64,000 nucleotides of DNA, taken from an uncultured bacterium. Lineage in GTDB: Bacteria; Patescibacteriota; Gracilibacteria; Absconditabacterales; Absconditicoccaceae. Numbering within the stretch: the stretch's first letter is position 1; each line of letters opens with the position of its first letter. A model generated the notes under the pieces. The model made no database searches. It saw only the letters and a list, made by a program, of their open reading frames with translations, and had not been told where the DNA came from. Below are positions 44,798 to 55,234 of this stretch, piece after piece. A program made the translations under genes and the position numbers. The stretch is taken from positions 12,198 through 76,197 of the forward strand of contig CAUQDZ010000002.1 of assembly GCA_963517005.1 (NCBI GenBank). The letters run 5' to 3'.

Positions 44798-45009
44798 AAT
44801 TCAAACTCAAGAAGATTTCATTGCAATGATGGTTTTATAAGACACCACCATAACACAAGCCCCTCTCCCGAACATCAATCATTTCCATAAACACGATGTA
44901 GACTCATCCCAAGCTCAGCTACAAAAACCGAGAAAGCAATATTTACTATAATATGAAGAGAAAACAGCACAATTGCGGTTCGCATAATTCGTTTAGCTAC
45001 TTTTTTCAT
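44770..45009 (-). CDS. small Cys/Trp-containing membrane peptide (79 aa), tandem paralog A
   Basis: MKKVAKRIMRTAIVLFSLHIIVNIAFSVF...ND-G-CSGEGLVLWWCLIK...LWKRLISLL. 80 codons counted. Confidence 0.4.
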
Positions 45010-45025
45010 TAAAGGAACAAAAAAA

Positions 45026-45268
45026 TTAAAGAAGACTAATTAATCACCTCCATAGTCCAAATTCAAAAAGAGTGCAGTACAAGAATTGTTTTATAAAACA
45101 CCACCATAGTATAATTCAGTCTCCTGAGCATCAGTCATCAACGTAATGTCGCCCATGGAGATCCATCCCCCATCGAGCCATAAAAACTGAGCAAGCAATA
45201 CTTACTATAATATGAAGAGCAAATAACACAATTAATGTTCGCATAATTCGTTTGGCTACTTTTTTCAT
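45026..45268 (-). CDS. small Cys/Trp-containing membrane peptide (80 aa), tandem paralog B
   Basis: MKKVAKRIMRTLIVLFALHIIVSIACSVF...DD-G-CSGD-G-IILWWCFIK...LWR-G-LISLL. 81 codons counted. Confidence 0.4.
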
Positions 45269-45404
45269 TAGAGAAGCAACAAAAAATAAAGAAACTATAA
45301 CTATAGAAACTTATAGTTATGGTTGGAGAAATTAGACTTTCATCGTCTATCCATTCCTAGCACAATAGGAATCTTTCTTATTTTAATTCCTTTTTGTCGT
45401 GTTT

Positions 45405-45491
45405 GTTGTTTATGAGAGATATTTCTTTTATGATATGAGGGATACTCATTTTAAATATAAAAATTAAATGTAAAAATCAAGTTTTTTCTAA
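45405..45491 (-). repeat. copy 2 of the repeated upstream element
   Basis: Same sequence blocks as 43439-43513 with a ~12-nt insertion. Only a 17-codon ORF follows it. Confidence 0.7.
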
Positions 45492-45587
45492 CTTTTTTGA
45501 AAAAGCTTCCTAAAATCTTTCTCCTCAAAATCAAAAGGAAAACGGAGAAAAAAAATCTGACTTTTTTGCTTTTTTTTGCTTTGTGAT

Positions 45588-45593
45588 TATAAT
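45588..45593 (+). promoter_or_regulatory. candidate -10 box upstream of pilB
   Basis: tgtgatTATAATtgg, an extended -10-like context 43 nt upstream of the ATG. Confidence 0.3.
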
Positions 45594-45635
45594 TGGAGTT
45601 GAATATGTATATTTTACTAGCAGAAATTTTGCACT

Positions 45636-46955
45636 ATGGAAACTCAAGAATTTAGAGCACAACTTCAACAATCTATTCTAAGATCAGATATCGTGAGGAT
45701 ATTTGATAATCTTTTGACAATTGCTGTGGAGGAAGGTGCTTCTGATATCCATATTGAACCGATGGAAAATTACTCAAGGATTAGGCTTAGAATCGATGGA
45801 GTATTGGTAGAACTCATCCAATATCCTCGTTCATTACATGAGAGTATTATTTCAAAATTTAAAATTGAGTCTGGACAAATGAGGCCAGATGAAAAGAGGC
45901 TTCCTCAAGATGCCAGAGTTTCTTCTATTACTCAAACAAATAAGGAAATCGACCTCCGTGCGAATACTTTGCCAACAGTTTGGGGAGAAAAACTCGTAAT
46001 GCGTATCGTAGATAAGTCAAAATCTATCCCGCCTCTCAATCAGCTTGGAATTATCGGATCGAATAAAGTAGCAATTGAAAAACACCTCAAAGATCCAAAT
46101 GGAATCCTGCTCAATACAGGACCTACAGGATCAGGAAAGACTACAACGCTTTATGCTGCGTTGAATGAGATTAACACTATCGAAAGGAACATTATTACTT
46201 ATGAAGACCCAGTTGAAAATAAAATGTCAGGGCTCAATCAATCGCAGGTGAGATCTGATATTTGATACACATTTCATTCAGGACTTAGATCTGCACTGAG
46301 ACAGGATCCTGATGTAATTATGGTGGGGGAAATTCGTGACAAGGAAACACTCGAAATGGCGATGGAGTCTGCCATGACAGGGCACCTTGTATTCTCGACT
46401 ATCCATACCAATTCTGCTGTAGAAACTCTTACTAGAGCTTTTAATCTTGGTGCAAAGCCATATATGGTTGCTGGTACTTTTAATCTTATTATTGCACAGA
46501 GACTTTGTCGTAAAGTTTGTTCACATTGTGCACAAAAAGTTAAAGTTCTCAATGATCCTCAGTTTCTTAATGCGATTGAGACCTTCAAGGAATTTGATAG
46601 AGATGCACTCAAAAATGAGATGATTTCAAGAGAAATTACAGGGCAAATGTGGAATGATTTTATCAAAGAAGGAATAATAACGATTGGAACTGGAAAAGAT
46701 CCACAAACTTGATGAGTGTGTCCCGTTTGTTGAGGATCTGGATACAAAGGTAGAGTCTGACTTTATGAATTGATGGACTATACCGATGATATCAAGACTA
46801 TGATCTTAGATGGAAAATCGGCTTTTGAAGTAGGAAATTATGCACTTCAGAAAGGAATGATCGATCTAGAAAGAGATGGAATTTTCAAAATTATTCATGG
46901 ACAAACTACCTTTGAAGAACTTTATAGATTTGTAAGAATGAGAAATAAAAAATAA
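45636..46955 (+). CDS. pilB: type IV pilus / type II secretion assembly ATPase (PilB/GspE family, short form)
   Basis: Track ORFs 45636.., 46320.. and 46770.. share frame 0. Walker [34 protein letters not shown], and the tetracysteine motif CSHC...[20 protein letters not shown] in which several Gly are TGA. Confidence 0.9.
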
Positions 46956-47049
46956 CTACTGAGGAAAGGGAAAATAAGATGAAAAGTCAGATTTTTGATT
47001 TTATTTTCCCTCGGATTTCGACCTATTTTAGCTACAAATAGCACAAAAC

Positions 47050-48138
47050 ATGCAAATCAATCAAAGCCGAATTGAACAAAAATGGAAAGAGTTAAATAAA
47101 CCGACACTCAAACAAAAGGTGACTTTTTTTAGACTTTTGGCGGTTTCTCAAAATGCTGGGCTAGGAATTAGAGAATCTATTCTTTCTATTGCAAAATCTG
47201 AGCAGAATGATGTGTTTAGAGGGATTATGGAAGAAATGACTATTACACTAACTAACTGATGATCATTAGCTGAAGCGATGGAGCCGTATGATTATTTTTT
47301 TAAGTCAGATGAAATTGAACTCGTAAGGTCTGCTCAGATTACAGGTAATATGGCACAAATTCTTGCACAACTCGCAGATGAATTAGAAAATGTACAAGAA
47401 ATTAACCAAAAAGTTAAAAAAGCGATGACTTATCCAACGATGGTGCTTTGTATTGCGATTGGAGCGGTGATTGTTATCTTAACTTCTGTTTTGCCAAATA
47501 TTGTGAGTATGTTTCCAAATCAAGATTCTCTTCCAGGAATCACAACTTTTATGCTTGGTCTTTCTGACTATATGAAAGCAAATTGGTATGTCTTTGTGAT
47601 TGGATTTGTGAGTATTGTAGGAGGGTATATTTTTTTGTACAACAAAGTGCTGCTTTTCAAGATGTTTATAGATAAACTTTTTGTGGAGACGCCAGGAATC
47701 AAAGATGCAGTTAAAACCTATTACATGTATCAGTTTTCAAATCTTTTGGCTCAGTTTTATGATGCTGGGGTCTCCCCAGTAGTTTCCCTAAGATTATTAG
47801 CAAATATCTTTGATAACTATCATTACAAGCAAAAAATGCTAGCGGTAAAATCAGATTTAGAGTCAGGTTTCACTCTTTTTGAATCTTTGGTATCATCTCC
47901 ACTTTTTGATTCAATTCTTGTCCAGATTATTAATGTCTGAGAAAATACCGGTTCTCTGCCAGAAGTATTAAAAAAGATGGCACTCTATTATCGTAATTCA
48001 TTTAGAAATGCAATTGATGTAGTAGTAGCTCTTCTCGATCCGATTTTGATGATGTTTGTGGCGACTATTGTAGGGGTGATTGTAGCTTCAATCTTTATGC
48101 CAATGGCAGGTATGATGGAGGCAGTAAATAAAATGTAA
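47050..48138 (+). CDS. pilC: type IV pilus inner-membrane platform protein (PilC/GspF family)
   Basis: Track ORFs 47050.. and 47278.. share frame 1 and extend to TAA 48136-48138. Two GspF-type repeats, ...-G-ENTGSLPEVLKKMALYY. Confidence 0.85.
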
Positions 48139-48160
48139 TTTTATCTTTTCTTGTAAAGAG

Positions 48161-48874
48161 ATGATTCAACAGATAGCACGCAAGATCAGCATATTTCTAA
48201 GAAAAAAAATATGACTTTTATCTCTTTTTCTTGGAGGAGGAGCTTTGATTGGAGGTGGAGTTTCAGCTTCAGTACTAGATATTATAGACTTGCATTTTCA
48301 GCTTGCGGACTCGAGTTTTGTCTATCAAAATATTACTCAAAATCAGCTCCAAAAAAAGTTCAAAAATTCTGATCTTTGGTTCGTGTTATCAGAAAGTGAA
48401 GAGTTTATCAATACTGATCTTACTCAACTTCTCAATACTTCAGATCGTGAAAATGTACTTGCTAATTATATTCTTGATTGACTTAATTTAGAGCAGATAC
48501 TGAGTTATCATTACAATCAGCAATCTTCCCAGCTCAATGCCGAAAAAACACAACTCGCTACATGTCAAGCAGATTTGAATATTGCTAATACTAATTATAG
48601 ATCTGCCTTGGAAAATAATCAGGAAGCTCTTTATGATCAAGCTTTACGCCAAGTAAAGCAGGCAAGAACTTGTATTTGAGAGTATGGTGTTTCGAGTTCT
48701 TCACTGGTAACACTCAATAATAAGATTGTTCGCTATCGTAATGCTATTCAGAGGAGAACTCAATATTTACAAGCTAATCAATCCTTAATTATCAAAAATT
48801 ACGATATGCTCAACCTTCAAAAACTCAGAGAATTACAAAAGATCACTTCAGTATTAGAATCTACAAAAAAATAA
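48161..48874 (+). CDS. membrane-anchored coiled-coil protein (237 aa), possible pilus-assembly accessory
   Basis: ATG 48161 joins track ORF 48245.. through TGA. TM helix LLSLFLGGGALIGGGVSA, then coiled coil. It directly follows pilC. Confidence 0.45.
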
Positions 48875-48903
48875 AGAGAAAAGTCTGACTTCTCTCTTTT
48901 TTT
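48875..48903 (+). terminator. rho-independent terminator
   Basis: agagaa-aagtctgac-ttctct hairpin followed by a T-run. Confidence 0.55.
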
Positions 48904-48995
48904 AGATTTATTGAGCGGCTATAATTATATTGATATACGTTATGGATCGAGTATAAAAACAAAAAAACAGTCTAGTTTGACTGTCTTTTGAAAAA

Positions 48996-49382
48996 TTAGC
49001 TAAGTCCTGGAATTTCAGGGATTCCTGCACCATTACCACCTCCCAAGAGTCCAGCAAGATTGCTAGGATCAAATCCAAGGATATCTTTTGTTTTTTCAGC
49101 AGCAATTTCTTGAGCTTTGCTCTGTGCTTTTTGGAAAGCCTTTACAACAAGTGCTTCAAGTTCATCTTTTTTTATCGGATCTAGCAAAGAAGTATCGTTG
49201 ATTTTGAAGTCCTTAAGCTTCATTTCTCCTGTCATATCTACAAGAACAGAAGCTTGTTTTTCTCCATTTTCAGTCATAAATTCACCTTCTTTTGCTCTGA
49301 TAACTAAGTTTTTGAGAGCTTTTTGGAGTTCTCTATATTTGTCATACATTTTTTTGAGTTCTCCCATTTTTCCAAAATCCAT
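48996..49382 (-). CDS. ybaB: nucleoid-associated protein YbaB/EbfC family
   Basis: ...MGELKKMYDKYRELQKAL...VLVDMTGEMKLKDFKIN.SLLDP..KDELEALVVKAFQKA... is the YbaB pattern. Confidence 0.85.
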   Translation of the reverse strand: MDFGKMGELKKMYDKYRELQKALKNLVIRAKEGEFMTENGEKQASVLVDMTGEMKLKDFKINDTSLLDPIKKDELEALVVKAFQKAQSKAQEIAAEKTKDILGFDPSNLAGLLGGGNGAGIPEIPGLS

Positions 49383-49455
49383 TGTGTTGTATTATTTATA
49401 AAGATAAAAGTTCAATAAAGTCAGATTTTAACTTTTTTTTGATTGTACAGATTGT

Positions 49456-49743
49456 TTATTTTGGTTCCACACCAAGCTGTTTAATTACAAGGAATACAAT
49501 TACTGCAGTGATCAAAAAGTCAATTATGTTTGCTAGGACTTTCCCATATAAGACACCTCTCCATGAGAGTTCTTCAAGTTTATGTACTTTGAGCTTGGTT
49601 AGAAGTGGACTAAAAATTAGCGGAGTTACCAAATCTTCTATGATGCCTTTTACGAGAGCTCAAACCTTACCTGCAATAAGAAGCCCAATTGCCATACCAA
49701 TTACATTATACTTTGCGAGGAAAGCCATAAATTCTGCGATCAT
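49456..49743 (-). CDS. mscL: large-conductance mechanosensitive channel
   Basis: MIAEFMAFLAKYNVIGMAIGLLIAGKV-[TGA=G]-ALVKGIIEDLVTP... is the MscL TM1 pattern. 96 codons counted. An upstream alternative ATG lies at 49770. The plus-strand track ORF 49382..49756 is its antisense shadow. Confidence 0.85.
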
Positions 49744-49772
49744 TCTTCTCAAATGATGAAATAAAAGCATAT

Positions 49773-50924
49773 TTAGTATACAAAAGCCTGATCAAAATAC
49801 AAGTCAGGTTTCAACTTTTTTTCGATGATCTTTTTGAGAAGTTTTGCTTTTTTTGAGTTTGGATGGTATGCTTTCTCATCCCAAAGCATAAAATTTTCTA
49901 CACCATTTTCACTAGTGTTTAGATGTACAAAAGGAGAGATAAGCCCTAGATTTTGAGAAAGAGTGGTCAATTTTTCATCCTCTAGTTGCAAATAATACAG
50001 AAGGAGCATTCTTGCTCAGTCTGGATTGGGGCTTTGTGCAGGAATTGCGAAGAAATAAGGTTTGAAGTAATGCTTTTCTAATTTAGAAGGAAAGAAATCT
50101 GAAATCAGATCCGGATTATGAGCTATTTGTGAACGAAATGAAAAACCAACTGCCAAAAATCCTCTTTCAATCATACATGAAATCACTTGTTCTTTGCATT
50201 TTTCTTGATGTAGTAGTGCAGATACAAGTTTTTCACTGAGATCCTCATCAATCATACGATCAATCAGTTCTTGAAATTTTGCAATATTATTAGTTGCTTC
50301 AAGTTCTGAGATAAGCAGTTCGATTGCATGAGTATTTAGAGAAGTATCTGATCAAAGGTTGCTTTTTTCAGATCGAAGAGGGAAAAAGGCTGAAGAAGCT
50401 GACTTTGGATTTCGGGTTTCCTCTCGAGTTTGGAAAGATCAAGTCAGGTCTGAATTTTTATGAGTATAAACCATCAAAGGATCAACACCAAGTGGAATCA
50501 GATTTTGATTTTTTACGATTTCTTGCAGTCCAGTCAAAAAGTAATTCTCAATAGGACTTGAGAGATTGAGTGAAAGTCAGGTCAGGTCAGATTTTTCTGT
50601 AATAATTAGATCAGGTTTAGATTTAGATTTCAAAGAGGGTAAAATCTGAATTTTGACTCCGTATTTCTCTTCAAATCAAGAAAAAATCTCTCTCACTCCA
50701 CTAAGTGCAATATTATTAGGGAGTTGAACTTTTAATGCTCACGAAAGTAGGGGAAGTATTGGAGTTTGAGAGGATGTTTGTTCGCCAGAAAGTTCAGTTC
50801 CTATCTCAGTTATTGTTTCTTCTTTTTGCTGATCAGAGTTTCCCCATGGTACAAAAAATACAAAGATACAACAAATAAATCCAAATCCTGCAAAAAATAA
50901 GATTTGTTTGATATCTGATCTCAT
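49773..50924 (-). CDS. membrane-anchored extracytoplasmic hypothetical protein (383 aa)
   Basis: Track ORFs 50739..50951, 50016..50255 and 49773..50009 share a frame. Every triplet in the 50256-50738 gap was checked with no TAA/TAG found. Confidence 0.5.
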
Positions 50925-50926
50925 GA

Positions 50927-52060
50927 CTAAAAGATAATAGTAAAGTTTCAAAGGGCTGGTTGGTCAAGTGTTGGTTTTTTGACTTGAAGTCTGATGGCAT
51001 AATTTCCGACTCTTCCTTCTCCTTGGATGGTAAAAAATCTATCTGCGATTTTCCCATCATTACTCTGAATTTGATATTCAAGGAATGGATAAATCGCTCA
51101 TTTGTCTTTAGCCTGAACTTTTGGTGACAAAAGAAGATTAACAAGGTCTAAAGTCAGATTTGTTCCCGTTGTTCAATTCAAAATGTCTGAATACGGTTGG
51201 TTCCTGAGATCTGCTTCATTTTGTGAGATAATATTTACCTCTCCTGCTTTTCCTGCTTCATTGAAAGGATTTTTGTTACCTCAAAATGTTAGTTGTGTTT
51301 GCCCTCAGTTTAGTCTGTTTCCTCTTATCAAGGTATCTCTACTTTCGTCTACTTTACTTCACTGAAGTGTTTCAGTTGGAATGATAGAAAAGGGAGTTCC
51401 TTTTTTTTGTCCTTTGATTGTCCAATTGACAAGTGGGAGTTTTTGGATTCATTCATTCAGAACCTTTTTATTATTGCTTAATCTTTCAGATAATAGTGGA
51501 TTAAGTCTTAGATTGACAGTTATTTGAGTATCTGGTGTTGTATAGTTGGCATTAGTATCAGGCTTTTGGTAGTAATTCCCAGTTTGAACAGTTCCAGGAG
51601 TTCCAAGAGCTATTGCCTCTGCTATATTATAATTTAACGTATTGAAGTTTTTAGAAGAATTATCTCCAGTCCAAAAATCAGAAGGAACATTTCATGCTCA
51701 TGGAGCTGGAATTTGTATAGTAGATCAGGATACAATCCAGTAGAGTGAAGTCTTATTTGGATCTCCATAATTGTAAAAAGAATCAATTTTTTGGTCAGTA
51801 GAATTTCCTATACTTTCTTGGTTTTTCCCATCCCATCTCCAGCCAGATTCTCCATCAAATCCAGGTCCCTGGAGATTAGCAGCCAAAACACCTCTCTCTA
51901 TTGCAGAAATTGCACCGTAATAAGCATTGGTATATTGCATCATATTTCCGTAGTTTTGTACAAAAGGCAAAAACGAAGCATATACTGCCAAGAGCAATGC
52001 AATTCCCATAAACATTACGATCAAAACCGTCATCAAAACCATCGATAAAGTGAGGAACAA
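50927..52060 (-). CDS. membrane-anchored extracytoplasmic hypothetical protein (377 aa)
   Basis: Track ORF 51725..52060 extended through about 10 TGAs to TAG (rc) at 50927-50929, with all triplets checked. N-terminal hydrophobic helix FLTLSMVLMTVLIVMFMGIALLLAV. Confidence 0.5.
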
Positions 52061-52079
52061 GAAATAAATTCAGTTGTTT

Positions 52080-52658
52080 TTATTCTTCTAGATTAGGTGC
52101 TCCGCATTCTGGACAAAATCCATATCCACGGTAAAATTGTGCTTCACATTCTTTACAAGCGGTTCTGAGATTCTCTCCACAGAAAACACAAGCTTTGTGC
52201 TGTTCGTCAGCAAGATTATGACAGTGAGGACAAACTACTACACCTCTAGTCATTGCTTCTCTCCAATATCCTCTTTCCCATTTATAAACAAGTGGACGAA
52301 AAGCCAGGTATAGTGGCAATCATACTAGAGGAGAAAGGGCAGTTACGAGTAGCGCAGAAAAGAGTTGATAAGCCCAGCTATCGCTTCTTGCCATCGCATC
52401 TCTTAAAACCCAAAAAATTGTCAAAACCCAAATCAAGCCAGCCAATCCAAAAACAATAATCTTAGCATCATCAAGTCCAGCGAGCATCGGAATAAATTCT
52501 GAGATGTGATGCGAATTTCCAAGTCCCCAAAAAGTTAAAAAGTCTGAGTTCTGAGCAACGGTTGTCATCATCGGATCGATTTCTGTCCCTGAAAAAGAAA
52601 ATCCGCTATTTGCTTGTTCTGTTGCAGTAAGAAGTGCTTGTGAAGTAATTTCGTTCAT
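52080..52658 (-). CDS. membrane protein with a C-terminal double zinc-ribbon
   Basis: Track ORFs 52320..52658 and 52080..52319 share a frame and are joined by TGA 52320-52322. C-terminus CPHC...CVFC...CKEC...CPEC. Confidence 0.6.
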
Positions 52659-52686
52659 ATTTTTGGATGAAAAGAATAAAAAGATT

Positions 52687-52725
52687 CAAAATCTGACATA
52701 CGTCGCACTCAAAAATCAGATTTTG
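52687..52725 (-). terminator. hairpin terminator after relA/spoT, built from an inverted pair of the AAATCTGA motif
   Basis: caaaatctga ... tcagattttg, a 10-bp inverted repeat. Confidence 0.5.
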
Positions 52726-52768
52726 TATTTTTAGATAAAAAACAAAAAGTATTATCTAGTTTTTCTCA

Positions 52769-55012
52769 TTAAGAGATTTGCTTTTTTAAAATACTCAAGC
52801 TTCCTTGATATTTTTTGAGTTCTTTAAGCAAAAATGAAGCCTTAGCAGGATTGTCGAGTTCAAGTGTGAAATCCACGAGAATTTGTCCGCTTTCTGTATG
52901 CTTAATAGCCATTTCTGTGAGTTGGATATTAAATTGGACAAAGAGCTGGATAAATTCCATCACAGACAATTCCTTAGGTAAGAATCTTATTTTGAGCTTG
53001 AGGAAATAAGGAGATGAAGCCTGGCTTTTTCGATGTGCTTCCATCAAAGCATCAAGAGAAATCGTTTTGAGAGCTTTACAACTTGTGGTATGGATTTTGA
53101 TGCCGTCTTGAGTGGACTTGGCAATGATTTTTGTTTGTGGGTTTGGTTTACATTCTGGACAAAAAAAACAGTGCAAGAATTTATCGCCATCAACTACGAT
53201 ATCAGCAGGTGAAAATCCTGACTCCAAAGTGTGAATCTGAGTTTTGAGGTCAGATTTTTCTACTTCGGTATCCTTGAGGATTGTTCTTTCTTCTACAGAT
53301 TTTCATGCATCTGGGTAAGAATCCCTAACGATATTTCAATAAGTTTCTTGTTTGTCGAGTACGGATAAGATTCTTTTTTCTATTTCGAGTTGATCTGTAG
53401 ATTTTGAGATTTTGTCTTTTTCAGATCAATAGAGTGGTAAACCGCAGTCTTTGAGATAGCTATTTAGTCCAGTAATCGCCTCTTGCAAACGAGCATCTCT
53501 TTCAATCATTTTGATGTATTTGAGGAGTTGATTTTTTGCAGTTGGGGTACGGAGAAATTCGAGCCAGTGTTTTGTTGCTGAGTATTTGTTTTTGAAAGTG
53601 TTGATATTAACAATATCTCAGGTTTTAAGTTTGTAAGAGATAGGTTTGATTTGTCCATTGACGATAGCATTCTTGAATCTCAATCCAATAGAGGAATGAA
53701 TGCTAAACGCAAAATCCAAAACTGTAGATCCAATAGGGAGCTCTTTAATATCTCCTCTCGGAGTATAAATAAAGATTGTTTTGTCTAAGACTTCAATGTT
53801 GAGTTGAGATTTGAATTTTTCCTTTTGTTCTGCATCGACATAGTCTGAAACAATTTTTTGAAGCCTTTGAACCCAAAGTCCTTGTTGTTCAGAGATTACG
53901 GTTGGTGCGTTGCTCTCAGCATAGGCAAAGTGAGCGGCTACTCCAAATTCTGCGATATTTTCCATTTCTTGAGTTCTGATCTGGATTTCTACGGGGAAGC
54001 GGAACATTCCCAAAACCGTAGTATGAATACTTTTGTATCCATTAAATTTTGGAATCGCAATGTAATCCTTGATTTTTTTGATAATTGGAATAAAGTACTT
54101 GTGAATAACTCCCAGTACTGTATAACAATCTCCAACACTCTTGGTAATTACTCTAAATGCGAGCAAATCCATTACCGTTGTAATGTCGGTGTCTTGATAT
54201 TTTTTTGAGAGCTTTTCATAGACTCTATATGGACTTTTGATCCTTCATTTAACAGTAAAATTCTGAAGTCATTCTTTGTACAGCATAGTAGTTAAGGTTT
54301 TAACTCCTTTTTCGGTGTGTTTCTCTCCTTCTCCAAAGTACTTTTTGAGTTGAGCAGTGATTGTCTTAAAATCTTCAGGATGCAAAACAGCAAATGAGCC
54401 ATTTTCGAGCAGAAGTTGAAAATGATAGAGGCCAAGCCTTTTTGCCAAGGGGGCATAGATTTTGATTGTTTCTTCTGCTATTTTTTTTCTTTTTCTTTCT
54501 TCTGGATGGAATTGTAGCGTCTGAATATTGTGGATACGGTCTGCTAACTTTACAAAAATCACTCTCAAATCTTTTGCCATTGCCAAAAAGGTTTTTTTTA
54601 TCGTTTCCAGGTGGCGATCTTCTCCTTGATATCTGACTTTTGAAACTTTTGTGAGCCCCTCACAAATTTCTCCAACTTCTTCTCCAAATTCTGCAGTGAT
54701 TTGTTCACGGGTAATCTCGGTATCTTCAATGATATCGTGCATGATACAAGATTGAATCGATTCCAAATCGGGTTTAAGCTCCATCAAAAAAAGAGTTGCC
54801 TTGAGGGGATGCACAATATAAGGTTCCCCAGATAGTCTTTTAACTCCAGAATGTGCAGCTTTGGTAAAGCGATAAGCATGGTAAATCTCAGGAATTTGTT
54901 CTGCAGGCAAGTATTTCTTTGCTTGTGAGACGATTTCTTCCAAGATTTCCACTGGATCTTCTTCAAAGGTCAATTGGTAATCAAAAAAACTATCAAGTTC
55001 TTTAATGTCCAT
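52769..55012 (-). CDS. relA: bifunctional (p)ppGpp synthetase/hydrolase RelA/SpoT family
   Basis: Track ORFs 54269..55069, 53618..54172 and 52769..53227 share a frame, and the gaps were read triplet by triplet. HD domain (HPLKATLFL...IMHDIIEDT), synthetase domain (YKSIHTTV), TGS and ACT-like C-terminus. Start ATG 55012. Confidence 0.9.
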
Positions 55013-55234
55013 GAGTTTCTTGAAAGGAAAAATAAAAAATCTGATTTCAGCTTTCGTGTGTCTCACCAAAAGGGAGTCTTAAAAAAAGCGTATGCTTAAA
55101 AAGTAAGGATATTGTACTCATAATCAAGAGAAAATGCAAAAAATTACAAAAAAACATCACGAATTTTCTCACTTGGCTTTTTGCCTTAAGATTTAAGAAA
55201 AAATCGTAATGTTGCTGTTTAAATGAAGTGTTGC

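Noticed and set aside
50576-50590. Short tandem repeat (gtcag)x3 and other local repeats, considered as a possible CRISPR or microsatellite locus.
   Set aside because: Only three 5-nt units, inside the coding frame of 49773..50924. There are no repeat-spacer arrays or cas genes anywhere in the window.
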